Part shown: positions 1 through 5,684 of the stretch, piece by piece
Layout of the letters: each line of letters begins with the position of its first letter
Numbering within the stretch: the first letter of the stretch is position 1
Assembly (NCBI GenBank): GCA_016748015.1
Contig: JAAOMT010000029.1
Span: forward strand, 4,942-10,625
Direction: 5' to 3'
Source of the DNA: Geosiphon pyriformis uo1
Taxonomy: Eukaryota > Fungi > Glomeromycota
Length of the DNA: 5,684 nt
The notes under the pieces: model-generated
Databases searched by the model: none
What the model was told of the DNA's origin: nothing
Seen by the model: the letters and a program-made list of their open reading frames with translations, nothing else
Position numbers and translations under genes: made by a program

Positions 1-42
1 TTAATATTTGTAAATTCTTATTTTAAGCTCTTAACCTCGCAG

Positions 43-72
43 AATTATGGTCGAAGTTTTTATGCACTATAA
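43..72 (+). CDS. Possible short terminal exon of an upstream plus-strand gene (NYGRSFYAL* if phase 0)
   Basis: Branch-like TTAAC (31-35) and a GCAG acceptor (ending at 42) are followed by 9 codons and TAA, then AATAAA at 114-119. No homology was recognised and the upstream exons would lie outside the window. Confidence 0.25.
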   Translation, partial: NYGRSFYAL

Positions 73-100
73 GTTAAATCAACTCATAAGAAATGTAAAA

Positions 101-115
101 CAACAACAACAACAA
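101..115. repeat. (CAA)5 microsatellite
   Basis: Five perfect CAA units read directly from the sequence. Confidence 0.85.
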
Positions 116-339
116 TAAAATCAAAAAGAGAAAATATTGATCCCAATGTTTTTGATCGAGTTTATGAAAATAACTTTTAAACTGGTAATCTCTCTGTTTT
201 GAGATTTAAAACACTGTTTTAGAAATCCAATCTGGACTGACCTAAAAAAGACATTTAAAAAAATAGATCCCTCTAACGAAATTCTCATATTTATTCGTTT
301 TCCATCCAATTCGCTATAAAAAAAAGATGAGATTGCATA

Positions 340-363
340 TAATAATAATAATAATAATAATAA
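340..363. repeat. (TAA)8 microsatellite
   Basis: Eight perfect TAA units read directly from the sequence. Confidence 0.95.
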
Positions 364-1157
364 ATACTTCTATTTTATTTTTATTTATCTGACCAACAGA
401 ATACCATATGACCCGTCTTTTGAGCAAAACATTTAATGAAATTAATGAATAGTTACAGTTCGTATCGGATACTCTTCAAAATTGCTAACTTTTCCTGATT
501 GTCACTTGATGAAAATAGTTGCATAGTTTGTTTTATGCAACACAGTTTCTATTTTATACACCGAAAACAATGATTGTTTCCGCATTTTTGTTGTGTCGAT
601 GTTTGTTAAAACTAATTGTCTTTTAAATTTTTACTAATAGGAGAAAATAAAACAAACAAAAAAAATGTTTTATGGTAGGAATCGACATTCGTACTTTTTC
701 ATCGGCGTAATTTTTTTACGTGCCTATCAAAGATCTCCATACAGAAATTTTTTTATATGTACCAAATAATTCCACTCCAAGAAATAGAATTTAAAGAATA
801 AATTTTTATATAAAACCCAAGGTTCGCATAAAGTAATAGCTATAATTCAGTAGACTTTTAAAAAAGTTTTACATATCGAAAATTAGATCCAAAAGAAACA
901 TGGTAGCACTTATCTCTTTCCTAAACACGATTAACGTAATCTAGAAAATTTGAACCGAGTTTTTTTAGAAAAAGGGATTTCAATTAGATCCTATTGTTTG
1001 GAATTATCGGTTTTTCATTTTTATTTCCTTGGTTTTAGCCTTAAAAACCCAGGCTTAATATCCATAACTACTAGATTAATCTTGTCCCAAACTTCAATTA
1101 TGAAAGCTTTCAGAGAAGCGAAACTTTTTAAAGTGTAATCAAATTTTGTTTCTCAGC

Positions 1158-2449
1158 TCAGAAACACTTATACGTTGGTTTATCGTTTCTGAAGTCAGAT
1201 TCATAAATTTCAGACACATCTTCGAGGATTTTGATACATTTATTTATAGTATCTTGTTGAATTGTTTGCCATCTCGATTCGAAGAATTTTTTCTTCAACT
1301 CTCGCTCAATCGTATCTTGGCTTAATGCTTCTAAAAATAAAAAGATTTCTCAAAGTCAAAATTCCGTTCCTTGTATGATTTTAATTATTTCTCAGCCAAC
1401 CTACCATTAGAAGCTTTCAAAATCTTTAGAATTTCTCGGCAAACAACTTCCAACATTTCGCTTTCACTGTGTGACGCAAGAGAAAGTAATTTATTGGCTT
1501 CATTATTCGTATGAACCTTGAAGATATCAAATGTTTTTAGGAATTAAAAAAATATTTTGAAATGACAAAACGTCCCTGGCTTAAAATTTTTCACATCCAT
1601 GCCTGATTTCCTTGCATATTTTCTTTCTTTATATTACCAGTTTGTGCATAAGATAACCATTGATGTACATTGTTTGCAATGTCTTTGGGAATTACAAAGG
1701 GTTTCGAGAAGAAATCCTTTTTCAACAAAAGTGTCTCGAACCAGTGAAGAATTTCTTCGTTAGGGTTGTTGACTCTAGCTAATTTTTGAAGTTAGAAAAG
1801 GTGCATAAAAATTATTACGGCAAATTATCAAGACTCTGATAAGAATATCGGTAAAAATAGATGGCTTACAAATATCACGAACATTCAAATTTATACTGTT
1901 TTTGTATGGATCAAGATAGCCTTCAAGTCTAATTAGTTCTCCTAATTTAAAGTTGGCTGGAGGCAGTTTTTTACTCAACCAGTAAAGGCAATTAATTGTC
2001 GCTGTTCCATCATCGACTTTCCAGGGTCAGTGTGTATAAATTCGAGAAAAATATTAGAATTTAAAAACCTACACGAAAAAGAATTGAAATAAACTGTTCA
2101 TACAAACCGACATATTTGTAATAATTTTTGCCAGGTTCAATTAACCGTATAATGCCTATAATTTCAACCATTCGAATCGGGTGTCCCATAAAAAATGTTT
2201 CACCGAATGCTAACCCATAGTTGTGATACACAATAAATTTTTTAACTAAATATTCAAGCTTGAATCTCTAGTATTATTTTTAAAAGGGTAAACAAAACCT
2301 GTTGAACGAATTTCGATATGTTTATTAATATCCTGCGCGAAAAGTTTAGTAACGGCCCAGAATACCGGATCTAATCCAGTAAACTCTAATGGAAGAAGAG
2401 CAATTTGATCAAGGGAAGTTGAATAATAATTACGATTTGAATATTCCAT
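1158..2449 (-). CDS. STN1: CST complex subunit Stn1 (OBFC1; telomere ssDNA-binding OB-fold plus winged-helix protein), 6 exons, about 286 aa
   Basis: Hand-spliced exons 2449-2299, 2209-2108, 2016-1870, 1778-1603, 1516-1405, 1330-1158 total 861 nt, running from ATG to TGA with all phases consistent. Introns are 89, 91, 91, 86 and 74 nt; branch-like CTGAC (2030-2026) and CTAAC (1795-1791) precede two acceptors. The translation has Stn1 OB-fold hallmarks in order: GLDPVFWAVTKLFAQDI, GHPIRMVEIIG, YVVDDGTATINCLYW, LGELIRLEG, NPNEEILHWFETLLL..KPF. It ends in a winged-helix-like IKILEDVSEIYES..YKCF*. These parallel human STN1 motifs as recalled (GLDPVFLAFAKLYIRDI, GHPIKQV, VDDSTGVINCICW, LELLEDQSDI). 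The intron 1 acceptor and intron 4 donor are the least certain junctions. Confidence 0.92.
1517..1602 (-). other. Probable non-canonical GC-AG intron (STN1 intron 4)
   Basis: CAG|GCATGG at 1603/1602 and CAAG|GTT at 1517/1516 are both phase 0 and give an 86-nt intron, matching the neighbouring intron sizes. The exon 4 frame hits TGA four codons further on if unspliced. Confidence 0.6.
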
Positions 2450-2488
2450 TTTATTAAAACTGAAGAATAAATTTAGAAGATCAGAACT

Positions 2489-2515
2489 ACGCGTAAAAAA
2501 AGTTTTAAGACGCGA
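2489..2515. promoter_or_regulatory. MCB-like cell-cycle elements in the STN1 proximal promoter/5' region
   Basis: A perfect ACGCGT at 2489-2494 and ACGCGA at 2510-2515 lie 40 and 61 nt upstream of the STN1 ATG in otherwise AT-rich DNA. CGCG-core boxes are the established G1/S (MBF/SBF, E2F-like) sites of fungal DNA-replication genes. Confidence 0.5.
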
Positions 2516-3944
2516 GATTTTGTTCTCAATAGCGTAGCCTAATTCAACTTGTTTTTATAAAGAAGCTCATTTTTTTAGATCAGTTAAGATTATCACCGCA
2601 GTATCAGCATTGAAGTATTCATATGCCGGCCTTTAGCCCGCATGAGCCATTTCGAAAGTTTGTTGTGAAAATTTAACATAAACCGTCTGAAAAGAAATGA
2701 TCTTGTCACTTTGGCTTAATTATTTTAAAAGACCATAAACAAATAGATATGGGAAAATCGGGTCTCAAATTCTGAATATGTTTCAAGCATAGGCCGATCA
2801 TGGACTGCGCTTTTATTACGCTAAAAATCAAATAATATGAAAAATTAGATTGCGACTGCGCTAAGCGCGCGGTTGATGCAAAGATTTGCAAGTTACTGTT
2901 CAGGGGACATTTTGAAGATTGAGACCGTAGTAAATCTTTCGTCTAAATAAAAAAATGTTTTGTTAGTATACTTTTGCGATAAAAATCCAACATATTTAAT
3001 TAAGGAAATTGATAAAAAACTAATTTAAAATTATTAAAATCTTTTTTTTACATGATTTTAATATGTCTAGCCTGTTTTCACTGTATAATAAATGAAAATC
3101 TTGGAAAATATGATGAAGAGAACGATATCTATGTGTTATTAAAGTCCTGAAATCCCGCAAAATATTGGACTTCAATTTTTTCCAGTTAAGAGAATAAACT
3201 AATGTATTCATTTAGTAGTGTGTTATTGTTTGAATAAAATTTTACCAATAATATTTGATAATGGTAGTCACCTTAAAAAACCGAGTTTAATCTTTTAATG
3301 GTGTTTTTTTTTGAATACTTCTCCAAAAGTCTTTACATAATTTATAAAAGCGTTGATTGAAATAAACTTCTTTGGTATCGACTGAAAATAAATTCCAATT
3401 ATTTTTTTTATTTGAGTCAATATAAATTTGATTTTAGAATGATTTATTACCGTTAATATTTACAAAAATTAAACTAGATATTACAAAAATTTAAAAATAT
3501 TATAAAATCAAACTAAAAAGAAATTGACATTAATGTAAAATGACATTAGTATCTATGATAAAAAAAAAGCAATAGTCACAATTTATTTATTTTTTATAAA
3601 CTTTAAAAATTGATGATTAAACTTCCAAAGTTTTAGATGATAATCAAAATATCAAAGAATTTACAAAAAAAAATTCATAAATTTTTAAACAAAGTTAAAA
3701 TTAAAGATAATTATTTTCAATAAAATTTTTAAGTCAAAATTTATTTGATAAAATATTATTAAAAAGCTTAGAGTTCTTTGTAATAAAGGAATTTTATTGA
3801 AACCCAGTTTATGATATGTTAAATGGGTTAAAATGTGACTGAATTTATATTTATATTTAATTTTGTCAAAAATAAATTTCTACACTCATGTAAAATTTTT
3901 TTTAATGAAATAATATTTCTTGAGTAATATTCTGCATAAGATTT

Positions 3945-3969
3945 ATTTTATTTTATTTTATTTTATTTT
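3945..3969. repeat. (ATTTT)5 pentanucleotide repeat
   Basis: Five perfect ATTTT units near the right end of the AT-rich block. Confidence 0.85.
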
Positions 3970-4859
3970 TCTTTAAATTGTGCACAGTTTCTATGGGTTT
4001 TTCACTAATTTTTCTTAAAATATAGCTTTGCTGATAATTTCCATCATCGATCAAAATTAAAGTTATGCTAATGAACGAAATTCAATTTTTCTAGTTCATA
4101 ATTTGAATTAAGATAAAAATGTTCATTTCTCTTCGAAAAAAAATTTAAAATTTATCCATAAACAAACTTGACGCCTACGAGTCTGATTTTATTATAAAAA
4201 TTTTGACAAATTTCCAGGTCCTCGAAAAAAAGCAACAGAATGCAGACTTCTGCCCCTAATCCGGAAAAGCAGTTGTCTGCGGCCTCATTCGTACAACATT
4301 ATAAAACAAAGGATATAGTTTCTTTTTATCATAAACAGGATTTTTCCTTTATTAGTCATGTCCCCTACAAAATGAAATGTTGATGTTTGAATTTTATAAT
4401 ACTTGATGATAACATCTCGTTTTCAAATGGACACGAATTGACAATAATGTTCTCAAGAGTTCGATTTTCTTTAAAAGGAAACTCAATCCTTGATTTCTTC
4501 GGGATTTAATATATCACAAGTTTATTGGTTCTTTAGACACCGAGTACGGATAAAAGACGTAAATATATCAGTGAGAAAAGTCCCCCGCTCTTATTCACAG
4601 GATAATCTCGTTTTCTTTGTCTTTGAGACTGCGCATTATGTCATAAAATCAACCCACCCACGATATTAATTTAATTTGCTCTCAAGGATATAATTAAAAA
4701 ATATATTTAAAGTAATTGATTAAATTTGTTAAGTTCGAAATGAAAGAAACACTTGTTGGCTATGAACTTCAAATTTTACTACGTTACTAAAGATTATTCT
4801 CTTATTGCAGTTCCAGACCACGCTTTTCATGACAAATTTTTGCACAAACAAAAAGTCTC

Positions 4860-5684
4860 TTAACAAGTCATCGTTACTTCAAAATAAGGCCCGAAATGAT
4901 CATTATCCCCCTGTTGACCGCTAGAATTTACACACATCTTTTTATAAAGCAAAATTATATTTAGATGATTTTTAATAAAAGTTATGCTTATTTCACTTAA
5001 AGGTTTTTCAGTTACCTGACTTTCAAGTGAGGTATACCTAGTACAATAGAAGGATTCCCGATCGGCACCATTGTTCCAGATCTCAACTCCATCGTGGATA
5101 TACTCTCCAGTTGGCAGTTGGGGAATTTTATCATGCCCAAAAGTTGAACGCCAATGTTGCAGCCGAGCATTAGCCCCTTCTGCGAATTTCTCATTCCCAA
5201 TTCTAGGCTGGCCGAATGTAAACACCAAAGGTAGCGGAATATTTGGCAAATTATTTTGTGCATAATCTAGAGCTGCCAATTGAGCATACACTAATAAATT
5301 CCATTATAATCGATTGGGAATCCAAAAAAAAAAAAAATATTTCTTATTCCTAAAGAATGAACAATCTTTGAAGCCAGACACAATTTTATTTTAGCTAAAA
5401 GACAGACTTACCTCCACCGATCCCAAAACCAACAAATGTTACTATATTTGAGTCTTTTTTAGCTTGTTCTAGTATTGAATTTATATCGGCTAAATTTTCT
5501 GAATGCCAATTTTTATATTCATCTCGAAATTTTTGGAAAATCCTTGCACCAGATATTGGATTTTCCTCAGGAAATAGGCTCATGTGATCAGCAGATTGAA
5601 GGTCCTTCAGCAAGGTTTCTTCATTGCCAGCAAAAGAAATATTTATTTCATATCCAGATTTTTCAGCAAAATCTGAAAACAGAA
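4860..5684 (-). CDS. Class 3 lipase-like (Lipase_3, alpha/beta hydrolase) protein, 5'-truncated by the window edge; catalytic Ser replaced by Gly
   Basis: Exons are >=5672/5684-5412, 5290-5016 and 4937-4860 (TAA). Intron 5411-5291 (GTAAGT..TTAG, 121 nt, phase 1) joins to give VTFVGFGIGG-V-YAQLAALD. Intron 5015-4938 (CAG|GTAACT..AAG, 78 nt, phase 0) gives LESQ-MCVNS. Fungal Lipase_3 motifs occur in order: INISFAG (cf. IxVxFRG), elbow GxxxGG..AxLAALD, VFTFGQPRIGNEKFA, HDKIPQLP (catalytic Asp), YIHDGVEIW, C...CVNS, DHFGPYF (catalytic His). About 207 codons are visible. Confidence 0.92.

Noticed and set aside
121-309. 62-aa minus-strand ORF
   Set aside because: Non-ATG start, composition typical of AT-rich non-coding DNA, no recognisable motif.
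950-1138. 62-aa plus-strand ORF
   Set aside because: TTG start, lies antisense to the likely STN1 3' UTR, no recognisable motif.
1759-1768. Telomere-like GTTAGGGTT inside the STN1 gene (mRNA reads CAACCCUAAC, telomerase-template-like)
   Set aside because: Fully explained by codons AAC-CCT-AAC of the conserved (D/N)PNEE motif; single occurrence.
1158-2449. Alternative identity as RPA2 (RFA2)
   Set aside because: Lacks the Ser/Gly-rich RPA2 N-terminal tail and has the Stn1-type GLDP..KLF..DI and GHPI motifs.
2693-2702. Minus-strand GATCATTTCT resembling U3 snoRNA box A
   Set aside because: No box A', C', B or C at the expected positions.
2706-2891. 61-aa minus-strand ORF upstream of STN1
   Set aside because: Non-ATG start, no homology recognised, and STN1 already has a complete N-terminus from 2449.
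3110-3150. Box C (ATGATGA) and box D (CTGA) pair suggesting a C/D snoRNA
   Set aside because: Only 41 nt from C to D, no clear terminal stem, and no recognised rRNA guide.
3020-3211. 63-aa minus-strand ORF, and a plus-strand stretch reading NENLGKYDEENDIYVLLKS*NPAKYW
   Set aside because: No recognisable family or convincing splice structure; cannot be supported as a gene or pseudogene without a search.
4575-4585. GAAAAGTCCCC resembling RNase MRP CR-I
   Set aside because: No downstream GGGGCT CR-V partner to form P4.
5012-5265. Overlapping 83-aa (-) and 64-aa (+) ORFs
   Set aside because: Shadow frames of the lipase-like exon.

Overview
AT-rich eukaryotic genomic DNA with short (about 75-120 nt) spliceosomal introns. 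It is most consistent with an early-diverging fungus (Mucoromycota/Glomeromycotina-like; this is inference). The ORF track fragments two real spliced genes, both on the minus strand. (1) A complete six-exon gene (2449->1158, about 286 aa) encodes STN1, the RPA2-like subunit of the telomeric CST complex. It has MCB-like ACGCGT/ACGCGA elements just upstream, apparently only one C-terminal winged helix, and a probable GC-AG intron. (2) The 3' part of a class 3 (Lipase_3) lipase-fold gene (>5684->4860) has a nucleophile elbow reading G-F-G-I-G-G instead of G-H-S-L-G-G. The catalytic Ser is lost while the Asp and His are kept, so it is a probable pseudo-enzyme. The intergenic region holds a CpG-free AT-rich block and two locally GC-rich, self-complementary segments of unknown meaning. 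All gene models were spliced by hand and no database search was run.
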